From Escherichia coli (GTDB taxonomy: Bacteria > Pseudomonadota > Gammaproteobacteria > Enterobacterales > Enterobacteriaceae): 64,000 nucleotides of DNA. This document shows positions 13,260 through 24,916 of this stretch, piece after piece (position 1 is the first letter of the stretch; each line of letters starts with the position of its first letter). The position numbers and the translations under genes are program-made. Location: NCBI RefSeq assembly GCF_036507355.1, contig NZ_AP027877.1; one strand, given 5' to 3'. Under the pieces are notes generated by a model. It saw only the letters and a program-made list of their open reading frames with translations, ran no database searches and was not told the DNA's origin.

Positions 13260-14531
13260 TTCGAGCATTTTGCGGATCTGCTCCTGTTGATGTGTTGTCA
13301 GTGTCAGGTCCGTATAGATCAGCGGTGGTGAAAAGAGCGGTAACGGCATGGTATAAGGAGCAATAATCAGTGCCGCGCCACGCGGAGCGCCTGTCTGCAA
13401 AAATGCCTTTACCGACATATGTTTAATGTTGAGCGGCAGTAACGTTAGTTCGCGTAACTGCTGCTCAATCTGCGCTTCTCGCTCGCTATCATTCCCGGTC
13501 AGTAGAATAATCTGTTTTTCATGCAGATCGTTTTCCTGCATTAGCCAGGCACCGAAAATCACCGCGACCAGACCACTTTCCTCATCAGAAAGATGGACGC
13601 CGTATTCACTTTCAAATCCGGCCAGCGCCGCGCGGGTGGTGCGTACCAGGCGTGGATACAGTCTGGCGAACTCTTCCGGCAGGGTATTATCAATACCGAT
13701 GGCAAACAAACTGCGATTTAACGCCTGGGCGAGGTGGGTATAAAGCTGATCGCATAACCCCTGTTCATCATAAAAACGAACATTTCCCAGCTCACGAAAA
13801 TGGTTTACCAGACGTTTGATAGACTGACGCAATTGTCTGTCCCGCTGATGCGCATCCCGCAATGGATCGGGAACCCGCAACATGGAAAAAAGTAGTGCCA
13901 TAAACAGTGGCTCATCAGGTGGTACAGGCTGGAGCGCCCGACGCTGCCAGTGGCGTCCAATTTCCTGCGCTACCTGAAATTCAAGGCAGGATTCCGCCCA
14001 GCGACGTTGGAGCGGATTAAACTGAGGCGTAATTCCAGCGTGGTGCTGCAGCAAACAATATTGCAGATACAGACACAGGAAATGAATATCGCGCGATTCA
14101 AAGCGTTTTTGCAGCCGTCGGGAGCAGAGATTCACTAACGCTTGTAGATTGGTATCGTCGTAAAAGTTACGCGCAATTCCGCGCCGCTTCAGTTCACTCT
14201 TCAGGGCGGGGGTGAATTGGCCGGTAATAAATGACGGACACAGACGGAAACCACGTCGTAGCCAGTGAAATAAACACAAACGTTGGTTAAGCACTGTACC
14301 TTCAACCCGGTAGCTACCGTCATAACCAGTCGTCAGTGTGAGTTGATGATAGCGCAGGATCTCCCGTCCTGTTTCGCTGATATCAAGACTGGCAATATCA
14401 TCATCCACACCATTAAGCTCGCTGAAGGTTGCCATGGTGGCGGTCAACCCCGGCTGAAAGAGCGTCAGCAAGATCTGGCAGCGGCGCTGGGGAGCCGAAA
14501 GGACAGATGGTGGAGCAAGCGTAGGCATCAT
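13251..14531 (-). CDS. csiE: Stationary-phase inducible protein CsiE
   Basis: ORF starting MMPTLAPP (426 aa); 3' end overlaps hcaT by 9 bp (convergent). Confidence 0.85.
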   Translation of the reverse strand: MMPTLAPPSVLSAPQRRCQILLTLFQPGLTATMATFSELNGVDDDIASLDISETGREILRYHQLTLTTGYDGSYRVEGTVLNQRLCLFHWLRRGFRLCPSFITGQFTPALKSELKRRGIARNFYDDTNLQALVNLCSRRLQKRFESRDIHFLCLYLQYCLLQHHAGITPQFNPLQRRWAESCLEFQVAQEIGRHWQRRALQPVPPDEPLFMALLFSMLRVPDPLRDAHQRDRQLRQSIKRLVNHFRELGNVRFYDEQGLCDQLYTHLAQALNRSLFAIGIDNTLPEEFARLYPRLVRTTRAALAGFESEYGVHLSDEESGLVAVIFGAWLMQENDLHEKQIILLTGNDSEREAQIEQQLRELTLLPLNIKHMSVKAFLQTGAPRGAALIIAPYTMPLPLFSPPLIYTDLTLTTHQQEQIRKMLESA

Positions 14532-14721
14532 CTGTAGATCTCCCATAAGCATAATTGATAAGAATAGCTAAAGTTTGCTCAGGGAAATGGCGAAGGGAAT
14601 GCTAATCATCAGAAATGTTGGCAAGCGTCACAGAATTTTTCTCATCTTAAACTGTTCTGACCAGTGGATTAGCATGTCTTAAGGTGGTTTTGTGAATGAT
14701 TATCGTGCTAGCGATCATGGG

Positions 14722-15576
14722 TTAGTTCTGCGGATTCAACGCGCTAAGGATAAAGTCCACCATCTGTTCGCGATAAACATCGCCGTGACGATCGGAAAAA
14801 GCATCAATGTGTTCGCCATCCGGGATTAGGATCAACCGTTTTGGCTCTTTTGCCAGGCTATACAACTTTTCGCTGTGCTGCCATGGGATAACGTGATCAG
14901 CTTTACCGTGAATGAGTAAAAGCGGGATCGGGCTGACGCTGGCGATGTAATTTTCGCCGCTGTAACTCTCATCAAGTAAGTAGCCACTGCCGGGGATCAT
15001 CTGGTTGGCGATGGTTGCATAAGAGGCAAATGTGGAGTCGAGGATCACCGCACGTATGCCTTCACGATCACCCTGACCAATAACAGCAAGAATATTCGCC
15101 CCGCCAATACTCTGCCCGAACAGCACCAGCCGTTGTGGGTTTACATCACTGCGATGGCGCACCACATTGATGGCGCTTTGCGTATCGTCCAGCAATCCGG
15201 CCTGGGACGGCGTGCCTTTTGATTTACCAAACCCGCGATAATCAAACATAAAAACGTTGAAATTACGCTCGGGTAACCAACTGACCAGCGGCCAGTGGGC
15301 GGACATATTTCCGGCATTGCCGTGAGCATGAATGATGGTTGCGATGGCGTTGTCAGCAGGGCCCGTCGAAGAAGGGATAAACCAGCCTTGCAGACGAGTA
15401 CCGTCCTTAGCCGTAAATTCGACGGATTCCGCCGACCAGGGGTCGGGACCGTAAATTTTATCGTCAGGATAATAGAAGAAGTTGATGGCAACGCGCGGCA
15501 CTAAATAAACGCAGAAGGCAACAACAAAGAGAATAAACAGAATTTTGAGAACGCGTTTGTTCACTGGCAGCGCCAT
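14722..15576 (-). CDS. yfhR: Alpha/beta hydrolase family protein
   Basis: ORF with TM anchor and GQSIGG nucleophile elbow; start placed at MALPVNK (284 aa); ORF track extends to 15603. Confidence 0.85.
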   Translation of the reverse strand: MALPVNKRVLKILFILFVVAFCVYLVPRVAINFFYYPDDKIYGPDPWSAESVEFTAKDGTRLQGWFIPSSTGPADNAIATIIHAHGNAGNMSAHWPLVSWLPERNFNVFMFDYRGFGKSKGTPSQAGLLDDTQSAINVVRHRSDVNPQRLVLFGQSIGGANILAVIGQGDREGIRAVILDSTFASYATIANQMIPGSGYLLDESYSGENYIASVSPIPLLLIHGKADHVIPWQHSEKLYSLAKEPKRLILIPDGEHIDAFSDRHGDVYREQMVDFILSALNPQN

Positions 15577-15720
15577 AACCTTTCCTTGCGACTTCTTTAT
15601 CATCCATTAATCGGGGAAAGATGGTGGGAGAGTGACGAAAGAAAGTAAAGCGGTGAGGAAGTATTTCGGAATAGCGCCTGAAAGGCGAGGGCGGGTGAGT
15701 GACATCACCCGCCTGAGTCA

Positions 15721-16524
15721 TTAACGCTTCAGAGCGTCGCTTAACTCGTCACGCATGTTCGCCAGCATGGCTTTAACAACACGCGGGTTACCAGCAACGA
15801 TGTTACCGGTCAGCATATAGTTATGACCACCGGTGAAGTCGCTGACGATGCCGCCCGCTTCACGAACCAGCAGCTCGCCTGCAGCGAAGTCCCACGGGCG
15901 CAGACCGATTTCAAAGAAACCGTCAACACGACCCGCAGCGACGTAAGCCAGATCCAGCGCCGCAGAACCGGTACGACGGAAGTCTGCACATTCGTTGAAC
16001 AGTTTGCCGACGATGTTGATGTAGGTAGTGGCGTACTGTTTTGCTTTGAACGGGAAGCCGGTCGCCAGAATAGTACCGTCGAGATCGCGAGCGGTGCTTC
16101 CGCGCAGACGGTAGCCGTTCAGCTGTGCGCCCTGACCGCGAGTGGCGGTGAACAGCTCGTTACGCATAGGATCGTATACCACAGCAACTTCGGTGCGGCC
16201 TTTGATACGAACGGCGATAGATACCGCGAAGTGCGGCAGACGTTTGATAAAGTTGGTAGTGCCATCCAGTGGATCGATAACCCATTGAACATCCTGATCA
16301 GTACCTTCAAGTTCACCGCTTTCTTCGGTGATGATGGTGTGCTGTGGGTAAGATTTACGAATCGTGTCGATAATCACCGCTTCGGCAGCTTTATCTACGT
16401 TGGTCACGAAATCGTTACTGCCTTTCTGGCTCGCTTCTACAGCGTCCGGGGTTTCATAGTTTTTGGCAATTAAATTACCCGCCTTGCGCGCTGCGCGCAC
16501 GGCGATGTTCAGCATCGGATGCAT
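15721..16524 (-). CDS. suhB: Inositol monophosphatase
   Basis: 267-aa ORF with IMPase motifs (DPLDGT, WVIDPLDGTTNF). Confidence 0.95.
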   Translation of the reverse strand: MHPMLNIAVRAARKAGNLIAKNYETPDAVEASQKGSNDFVTNVDKAAEAVIIDTIRKSYPQHTIITEESGELEGTDQDVQWVIDPLDGTTNFIKRLPHFAVSIAVRIKGRTEVAVVYDPMRNELFTATRGQGAQLNGYRLRGSTARDLDGTILATGFPFKAKQYATTYINIVGKLFNECADFRRTGSAALDLAYVAAGRVDGFFEIGLRPWDFAAGELLVREAGGIVSDFTGGHNYMLTGNIVAGNPRVVKAMLANMRDELSDALKR

Positions 16525-16642
16525 CGGTCTCTCTCACTAGATGTTAAAGAACGGGAAAACGGCGCAGAGTATAGCAGCGAGATCGGCATCTGTCTTCGTT
16601 TTATGATAAGATGCGCGAATAATCTTTAGACGAAGAAAGACA

Positions 16643-17383
16643 ATGCTGCAAAATATTCGAATTGTGCTGGTGGAGACGTCACACACCGGCAATATGGGTT
16701 CTGTTGCCCGTGCCATGAAAACAATGGGATTAACCAATCTGTGGCTGGTTAATCCACTGGTGAAACCTGACTCCCAGGCGATTGCCCTGGCGGCGGGGGC
16801 CAGCGATGTGATTGGTAATGCTCACATCGTCGATACGCTCGACGAAGCGTTAGCCGGTTGTAGCCTGGTGGTGGGCACCAGCGCACGCTCCCGCACGCTG
16901 CCGTGGCCGATGCTCGACCCGCGCGAATGCGGTCTGAAAAGCGTCGCTGAAGCGGCAAATACCCCGGTGGCGCTGGTGTTTGGTCGTGAGCGCGTCGGCC
17001 TGACCAATGAAGAGTTGCAGAAATGCCATTATCATGTCGCGATTGCGGCAAACCCTGAATACAGCTCGCTGAACCTGGCGATGGCGGTTCAGGTTATTGC
17101 CTATGAAGTGCGCATGGCCTGGCTGGCAACTCAGGAAAATGGCGAGCAGGTCGAGCATGAAGAGACGCCGTATCCGCTGGTCGATGATCTGGAGCGTTTT
17201 TATGGTCATCTGGAACAAACGCTGCTGGCAACCGGTTTTATCCGTGAAAACCATCCGGGGCAGGTGATGAATAAATTGCGCCGTCTGTTTACCCGTGCGC
17301 GCCCGGAAAGCCAGGAATTGAATATCCTGCGCGGGATTCTGGCTTCTATAGAGCAGCAGAATAAAGGTAATAAGGCCGAATAA
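16643..17383 (+). CDS. trmJ: tRNA (cytidine/uridine-2'-O)-methyltransferase (SPOUT)
   Basis: 246-aa ORF, SpoU-family motifs; divergent from suhB. Confidence 0.93.
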
Positions 17384-17390
17384 CATGGTT

Positions 17391-17476
<86 letters not shown>

Positions 17477-17514
17477 CAGGTACAAACGCCACGATAAAAA
17501 ATGGCACTGAAGGT

Positions 17515-17572
17515 TAAATACCCGACTAAATCAGTCAAGTAAATAGTTGACCAATTTACTCGGGAATGTCAG
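17515..17572 (+). promoter_or_regulatory. Tandem IscR type-1 binding sites in the iscR promoter (autoregulation)
   Basis: ATACCCGACTAAATCAGTCAAGTAAAT fits the IscR type-1 motif; second related site ATAGTTGACCAATTTACTCGGGAAT follows; upstream of iscR. Confidence 0.7.
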
Positions 17573-17650
17573 ACTTGACCCTGCTATGCAATACCCCCAC
17601 TTTTACAATAAAAAACCCCGGGCAGGGGCGAGTTTGAGGTGAAGTAAGAC

Positions 17651-18139
17651 ATGAGACTGACATCTAAAGGGCGCTATGCCGTGACCGCAATGCTTGACGT
17701 TGCGCTCAACTCTGAAGCGGGCCCGGTACCGTTGGCTGATATTTCCGAACGTCAGGGAATTTCCCTTTCTTATCTGGAACAACTGTTTTCCCGTCTGCGT
17801 AAAAATGGTCTGGTTTCCAGCGTACGTGGACCAGGCGGTGGTTATCTGTTAGGCAAAGATGCCAGCAGCATCGCCGTTGGCGAAGTGATTAGCGCCGTTG
17901 ACGAATCTGTAGATGCCACCCGTTGTCAGGGTAAAGGCGGCTGCCAGGGCGGCGATAAATGCCTGACCCACGCGCTGTGGCGTGATTTGAGCGACCGTCT
18001 CACCGGTTTTCTCAACAACATTACTTTAGGCGAACTGGTTAATAACCAGGAAGTGCTGGATGTGTCTGGTCGTCAGCATACTCACGACGCGCCACGCACC
18101 CGCACACAAGACGCGATCGACGTTAAGTTACGCGCTTAA
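17651..18139 (+). CDS. iscR: Fe-S cluster regulator IscR (Rrf2 family)
   Basis: 162-aa ORF with HTH and Cys cluster ligands. Confidence 0.95.
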
Positions 18140-18250
18140 TAAAAAGAATTCAGAATCAGGCCGGAGTGCTAAATACTCCGTAAACACGGTCGTACATCCA
18201 GCCGGTAGCCTGGTTCCTTGCATTGAGTGATGTACGGAGTTTATAGAGCA

Positions 18251-19465
18251 ATGAAATTACCGATTTATCTCGACTACTCCGCAACCACGCCGGTGGACCC
18301 GCGTGTTGCCGAGAAAATGATGCAGTTTATGACGATGGACGGAACCTTTGGTAACCCGGCCTCCCGTTCTCACCGTTTCGGCTGGCAGGCTGAAGAAGCG
18401 GTAGATATCGCCCGTAATCAGATTGCCGATCTGGTCGGCGCTGATCCGCGTGAAATCGTCTTTACCTCTGGTGCAACCGAATCTGACAACCTGGCGATCA
18501 AAGGTGCAGCCAACTTTTATCAGAAAAAAGGCAAGCACATCATCACCAGCAAAACCGAACACAAAGCGGTACTGGATACCTGCCGTCAGCTGGAGCGCGA
18601 AGGTTTCGAAGTCACCTACCTGGCACCGCAGCGTAACGGTATTATCGACCTGAAAGAACTCGAAGCAGCGATGCGTGACGACACCATCCTCGTTTCTATC
18701 ATGCACGTGAATAACGAAATCGGCGTGGTACAGGATATCGCGGCTATCGGCGAAATGTGTCGTGCTCGTGGCATTATCTATCACGTTGATGCAACCCAGA
18801 GCGTGGGCAAACTGCCTATCGATCTGAGCCAGTTGAAAGTTGACCTGATGTCTTTCTCCGGTCACAAAATCTATGGCCCGAAAGGTATTGGTGCGCTGTA
18901 TGTGCGTCGTAAACCGCGCGTACGCATCGAAGCGCAAATGCACGGCGGCGGTCACGAACGCGGTATGCGTTCCGGCACTCTGCCTGTTCACCAGATCGTC
19001 GGAATGGGCGAAGCCTATCGCATCGCAAAAGAAGAGATGGCGACCGAGATGGAACGTCTGCGCGGACTGCGTAACCGTCTGTGGAACGGCATCAAAGATA
19101 TCGAAGAAGTTTACCTGAACGGTGACCTGGAACACGGTGCGCCGAACATTCTCAACGTCAGCTTCAACTACGTTGAAGGTGAGTCGCTGATTATGGCGCT
19201 GAAAGACCTCGCGGTTTCTTCCGGTTCCGCCTGTACGTCAGCAAGCCTCGAACCGTCCTACGTGCTGCGCGCGCTGGGGCTGAACGACGAGCTGGCACAT
19301 AGCTCTATCCGTTTCTCTTTAGGTCGTTTTACTACTGAAGAAGAGATCGACTACACCATCGAGTTAGTTCGTAAATCCATCGGTCGTCTGCGTGACCTTT
19401 CTCCGCTGTGGGAAATGTACAAGCAGGGCGTGGATCTGAACAGCATCGAATGGGCTCATCATTAA
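18251..19465 (+). CDS. iscS: Cysteine desulfurase IscS
   Basis: [10 protein letters not shown] start (404 aa), PLP lysine motif [12 protein letters not shown], active-site SSGSACTS. Confidence 0.97.
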
Positions 19466-19492
19466 TCGGTATCGGAATCAGGAGAATTTATA

Positions 19493-19879
19493 ATGGCTTA
19501 CAGCGAAAAAGTTATCGACCATTACGAGAATCCGCGTAACGTGGGTTCCTTTGACAACAACGACGAGAACGTCGGCAGCGGCATGGTGGGTGCACCGGCC
19601 TGTGGCGACGTGATGAAGTTGCAGATTAAAGTCAACGATGAAGGTATCATTGAAGACGCGCGTTTTAAAACTTACGGCTGCGGTTCCGCTATCGCTTCCA
19701 GCTCCCTGGTCACCGAATGGGTGAAAGGGAAGTCTCTCGACGAAGCGCAGGCGATCAAAAACACCGATATTGCTGAAGAACTTGAACTGCCGCCGGTGAA
19801 AATTCACTGTTCTATTCTGGCAGAAGACGCGATCAAAGCCGCCATTGCGGACTATAAAAGCAAACGTGAAGCAAAATAA
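19493..19879 (+). CDS. iscU: Fe-S cluster scaffold IscU
   Basis: 128-aa ORF with the conserved Cys and LPPVK motif. Confidence 0.97.
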   Translation: MAYSEKVIDHYENPRNVGSFDNNDENVGSGMVGAPACGDVMKLQIKVNDEGIIEDARFKTYGCGSAIASSSLVTEWVKGKSLDEAQAIKNTDIAEELELPPVKIHCSILAEDAIKAAIADYKSKREAK

Positions 19880-19895
19880 GAGTTGAGGTTTGGTT

Positions 19896-20219
19896 ATGTC
19901 GATTACACTGAGCGACAGTGCAGCAGCGCGAGTAAATACCTTTCTGGCTAACCGCGGTAAAGGGTTTGGCCTGCGTCTGGGCGTGAGAACCTCCGGGTGT
20001 TCAGGTATGGCTTATGTACTGGAATTTGTTGACGAACCGACGCCGGAAGACATCGTGTTTGAAGACAAAGGCGTGAAAGTCGTGGTCGATGGCAAGAGCC
20101 TGCAATTTCTGGACGGTACGCAGCTGGACTTCGTAAAAGAAGGCCTGAACGAAGGGTTTAAATTCACCAACCCGAACGTCAAAGATGAGTGTGGTTGCGG
20201 CGAAAGCTTCCACGTTTGA
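19896..20219 (+). CDS. iscA: Fe-S A-type carrier IscA
   Basis: MSITLSD start (107 aa), C-terminal CGCGESF motif. Confidence 0.95.
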   Translation: MSITLSDSAAARVNTFLANRGKGFGLRLGVRTSGCSGMAYVLEFVDEPTPEDIVFEDKGVKVVVDGKSLQFLDGTQLDFVKEGLNEGFKFTNPNVKDECGCGESFHV

Positions 20220-20233
20220 TGCGCATACCGATA

Positions 20234-20269
20234 ACCCCACCGTGGTCGCCTGCGCGTGGGGTTTGTTTT
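20234..20269 (+). terminator. Hairpin followed by T-tract between iscA and hscB (candidate partial terminator)
   Basis: CCCCAC...GTGGGG stem followed by tttgtttt. Confidence 0.4.
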
Positions 20270-20314
20270 ACCTGATTCGCCGTTATCGCGGCGGATCGCA
20301 GCCCTGAGAATGTT

Positions 20315-20830
20315 ATGGATTACTTCACCCTCTTTGGCTTGCCTGCCCGTTATCAACTCGATACCCAGGCACTGAGCCTGCGTTTTCAGGATCTACAACG
20401 TCAGTATCATCCTGATAAATTCGCCAGCGGAAGCCAGGCGGAACAACTCGCCGCCGTACAGCAATCTGCAACCATTAACCAGGCCTGGCAAACGCTGCGT
20501 CATCCGTTAATGCGCGCGGAATATTTGCTTTCTTTGCACGGCTTTGATCTCGCCAGCGAGCAGCATACTGTGCGCGACACCGCGTTCCTGATGGAACAGT
20601 TGGAGCTGCGCGAAGAGCTGGACGAGATCGAACAGGCGAAAGATGAAGCGCGGCTGGAAAGCTTTATCAAACGTGTGAAAAAGATGTTTGATACCCGCCA
20701 TCAGTTGATGGTTGAACAGTTAGACAACGAGACGTGGGACGCGGCGGCGGATACCGTGCGTAAGCTGCGTTTTCTCGATAAACTGCGAAGCAGTGCCGAA
20801 CAACTCGAAGAAAAACTGCTCGATTTTTAA
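20315..20830 (+). CDS. hscB: Co-chaperone HscB (J-domain)
   Basis: 171-aa ORF with J-domain HPD motif. Confidence 0.95.
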
Positions 20831-20846
20831 TTTCTGGAAGCTAAAC

Positions 20847-22697
20847 ATGGCCTTATTACAAATTAGTGAACCTGGTTTGAGTGCTGCGCCGCATCAGCGA
20901 CGTCTGGCGGCCGGTATTGACCTGGGCACAACCAACTCGCTGGTGGCGACAGTGCGCAGCGGTCAGGCCGAAACGTTAGCCGACCATGAAGGCCGTCACC
21001 TGCTGCCATCTGTTGTTCACTATCAACAGCAAGGGCATTCGGTGGGTTATGACGCGCGTACTAATGCAGCGCTCGATACCGCCAACACAATTAGTTCTGT
21101 TAAACGCCTGATGGGACGCTCGCTGGCTGATATCCAGCAACGCTATCCGCATCTGCCTTATCAATTCCAGGCCAGCGAAAACGGCCTGCCGATGATTGAA
21201 ACGGCGGCGGGGCTGCTGAACCCGGTGCGCGTTTCTGCGGACATCCTCAAAGCACTGGCGGCGCGGGCAACTGAAGCCCTGGCAGGCGAGCTGGATGGTG
21301 TCGTTATCACCGTTCCGGCGTACTTTGACGATGCCCAGCGTCAGGGCACCAAAGACGCGGCGCGTCTGGCGGGCCTTCACGTCCTGCGCTTACTTAACGA
21401 ACCGACCGCTGCGGCTATCGCCTACGGGCTGGATTCCGGTCAGGAAGGCGTGATCGCCGTTTATGACCTCGGTGGCGGGACGTTTGATATTTCCATTCTG
21501 CGCTTAAGTCGCGGCGTGTTTGAAGTGCTGGCAACCGGCGGTGATTCCGCGCTCGGCGGCGATGATTTCGACCATCTGCTGGCGGATTACATTCGCGAGC
21601 AGGCGGGCATTCCTGATCGTAGCGATAACCGCGTTCAGCGTGAACTGCTGGATGCCGCCATTGCAGCCAAAATCGCGCTGAGCGATGCGGACTCCGTGAC
21701 CGTTAACGTTGCGGGCTGGCAGGGCGAAATCAGCCGTGAACAATTCAATGAACTGATCGCGCCACTGGTAAAACGAACCTTACTGGCTTGTCGTCGCGCG
21801 CTGAAAGACGCGGGTGTAGAAGCTGATGAAGTGCTGGAAGTGGTGATGGTGGGCGGTTCTACTCGCGTGCCGCTGGTGCGTGAACGGGTAGGCGAATTTT
21901 TCGGTCGTCCACCGCTGACTTCCATCGACCCGGATAAAGTCGTCGCTATTGGCGCGGCGATTCAGGCGGATATTCTGGTGGGTAACAAGCCAGACAGCGA
22001 AATGCTGTTGCTTGATGTGATCCCACTGTCGCTGGGCCTCGAAACGATGGGCGGCCTGGTGGAGAAAGTGATTCCGCGTAATACCACTATTCCGGTGGCC
22101 CGCGCTCAGGATTTCACCACCTTTAAAGATGGTCAGACGGCGATGTCTATCCATGTAATGCAGGGTGAGCGCGAACTGGTGCAGGACTGCCGCTCACTGG
22201 CGCGTTTTGCGCTGCGTGGTATTCCGGCGCTACCGGCTGGCGGTGCGCATATTCGCGTGACGTTCCAGGTCGATGCCGACGGTCTTTTGAGCGTGACGGC
22301 GATGGAGAAATCCACCGGCGTTGAGGCGTCTATTCAGGTCAAACCGTCTTACGGTCTGACCGATAGCGAAATCGCTTCGATGATCAAAGACTCAATGAGC
22401 TATGCCGAGCAGGACGTAAAAGCCCGAATGCTGGCAGAACAAAAAGTAGAAGCGGCGCGTGTGCTGGAAAGTCTGCACGGCGCGCTGGCTGCTGATGCCG
22501 CGCTGTTAAGCGCCGCAGAACGTCAGGTCATTGACGATGCTGCCGCTCACCTGAGTGAAGTGGCGCAGGGCGATGACGTTGACGCCATCGAACAAGCGAT
22601 TAAAAACGTAGACAAACAAACCCAGGATTTCGCCGCTCGCCGCATGGACCAGTCGGTTCGTCGTGCGCTGAAAGGCCATTCCGTGGACGAGGTTTAA
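20847..22697 (+). CDS. hscA: Hsp70-type chaperone HscA
   Basis: [10 protein letters not shown] start (616 aa), Hsp70 ATPase motifs ([16 protein letters not shown]). Confidence 0.96.
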
Positions 22698-22698
22698 T

Positions 22699-23034
22699 AT
22701 GCCAAAGATTGTTATTTTGCCTCATCAGGATCTCTGTCCTGATGGCGCTGTTCTGGAAGCTAATAGCGGTGAAACCATTCTCGACGCAGCTCTGCGTAAC
22801 GGTATCGAGATTGAACACGCCTGTGAAAAATCCTGTGCTTGCACCACCTGCCACTGCATCGTTCGTGAAGGTTTTGACTCGCTTCCCGAAAGCTCAGAGC
22901 AGGAAGACGACATGCTGGACAAAGCCTGGGGACTGGAGCCGGAAAGCCGTTTAAGCTGCCAGGCGCGCGTCACCGACGAAGATTTAGTGGTCGAAATCCC
23001 GCGTTACACTATCAACCATGCGCGTGAGCATTAA
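22699..23034 (+). CDS. fdx: [2Fe-2S] ferredoxin Fdx
   Basis: 111-aa ORF with CxxxxxCxxC...C cluster ligands. Confidence 0.95.
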
Positions 23035-23045
23035 CAGAGGTTAGT

Positions 23046-23246
23046 ATGGGACTTAAGTGGACCGATAGCCGCGAAATTGGCGAAGCACTGTACGATGCGT
23101 ATCCCGATCTTGATCCGAAAACGGTTCGATTCACCGATATGCATCAGTGGATTTGCGATCTGGAAGATTTCGACGACGACCCGCAGGCATCCAACGAGAA
23201 AATCCTCGAAGCGATTTTGTTAGTCTGGCTGGACGAAGCCGAATAA
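23046..23246 (+). CDS. iscX: Fe-S assembly protein IscX
   Basis: 66-aa acidic ORF downstream of fdx. Confidence 0.92.
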
Positions 23247-23490
23247 TTTCCGCGTCATGCTTCACGCCGCAGATGCGTTGGCTGCGCTCGTTCACCCCAG
23301 TCACATAGTTATCTATGCTCCTGGGGCTTCACTCACTTGCCACGTGATTCGGCCTTTTGGCCTCACCCCTCCGGGGCCAGCGCAAGCGCTGTTCAAAACG
23401 CAATGCGTTTTGTCCTGCAACGCGAATCATTTAGCGGAAAAATCCTGGGGCTGCCAACTGGCGGCCCTTTTACAAAGAAGGATAACTAAA

Positions 23491-24774
23491 ATGACAGAAG
23501 CGATGAAGATTACCCTCTCTACCCAACCTGCCGACGCGCGCTGGGGAGAAAAAGCAACTTACAGCATTAATAATGACGGCATTACCCTGCATTTGAACGG
23601 GGTAGACGATCTGGGGCTGATCCAGCGTGCGGCGCGCAAGATTGACGGTCTGGGCATCAAGCATGTTCAGTTAAGCGGTGAAGGCTGGGATGCGGATCGC
23701 TGCTGGGCATTCTGGCAAGGTTACAAAGCCCCGAAAGGCACGCGTAAAGTGGAGTGGCCGGATCTGGACGATGCCCAGCGACAGGAACTGGATAACCGCC
23801 TGTTGATCATCGACTGGGTGCGTGACACCATCAACGCACCGGCGGAAGAGCTGGGGCCATCGCAACTGGCACAGCGTGCTGTTGATCTGATCAGCAACGT
23901 CGCAGGCGATCGTGTGACTTATCGGATCACCAAAGGCGAAGATCTGCGTGAGCAAGGTTATATGGGGCTGCACACCGTCGGACGCGGTTCAGAACGTTCT
24001 TCGGTATTGCTGGCGCTGGATTACAACCCAACTGGCGATAAAGAAGCGCCAGTGTACGCGTGCCTGGTAGGTAAAGGTATCACTTTTGACTCCGGCGGCT
24101 ACAGCATCAAACAGACTGCGTTTATGGACTCGATGAAGTCGGACATGGGCGGCGCGGCAACGGTTACCGGGGCGCTGGCATTTGCCATTACGCGCGGACT
24201 GAACAAGCGCGTGAAGCTGTTCCTCTGCTGTGCGGATAACCTGATTAGCGGCAATGCGTTCAAGCTGGGCGATATCATCACCTATCGCAACGGTAAAAAA
24301 GTTGAAGTGATGAACACTGATGCCGAAGGGCGTCTGGTGCTGGCCGATGGTCTGATTGATGCCAGTGCGCAGAAACCGGAACTGATCATTGATGCGGCGA
24401 CCCTCACCGGGGCGGCGAAAACTGCGCTGGGTAATGATTATCACGCGTTGTTCAGTTTTGACGATGCGCTTGCCGGTCGTTTGCTGGCGAGTGCCTCACA
24501 AGAGAACGAACCATTCTGGCGTCTGCCGCTGGCGGAATTCCACCGCAGCCAGCTGCCGTCTAACTTTGCCGAACTGAACAATACCGGAAGCGCGGCGTAT
24601 CCGGCAGGCGCGAGCACGGCGGCGGGCTTCCTGTCGCACTTTGTTGAGAACTATCAGCAAGGCTGGCTGCATATCGACTGCTCGGCGACTTACCGTAAAG
24701 CGCCGGTTGAACAGTGGTCTGCGGGTGCTACGGGACTTGGTGTGCGCACGATTGCTAATCTGTTAACGGCGTAA
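23491..24774 (+). CDS. pepB: Aminopeptidase B (M17 leucyl aminopeptidase family)
   Basis: Start [10 protein letters not shown] with AAGGA SD (427 aa); M17 signature NTDAEGRL; ORF track start 23257 is an upstream in-frame extension. Confidence 0.93.
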   Translation: MTEAMKITLSTQPADARWGEKATYSINNDGITLHLNGVDDLGLIQRAARKIDGLGIKHVQLSGEGWDADRCWAFWQGYKAPKGTRKVEWPDLDDAQRQELDNRLLIIDWVRDTINAPAEELGPSQLAQRAVDLISNVAGDRVTYRITKGEDLREQGYMGLHTVGRGSERSSVLLALDYNPTGDKEAPVYACLVGKGITFDSGGYSIKQTAFMDSMKSDMGGAATVTGALAFAITRGLNKRVKLFLCCADNLISGNAFKLGDIITYRNGKKVEVMNTDAEGRLVLADGLIDASAQKPELIIDAATLTGAAKTALGNDYHALFSFDDALAGRLLASASQENEPFWRLPLAEFHRSQLPSNFAELNNTGSAAYPAGASTAAGFLSHFVENYQQGWLHIDCSATYRKAPVEQWSAGATGLGVRTIANLLTA

Positions 24775-24780
24775 ACTAAT

Positions 24781-24888
<108 letters not shown>

Positions 24889-24916
24889 CCCGAACGTTGA
24901 ATGAATTGTGGTTCTT

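Noticed and set aside
15823-16473. 216-aa plus-strand ORF
   Set aside because: Antisense to suhB.
18257-19135. 292-aa minus-strand ORF
   Set aside because: Fully antisense to iscS, with His/Arg/Phe-rich composition typical of a reverse-frame artefact in a GC-rich gene.
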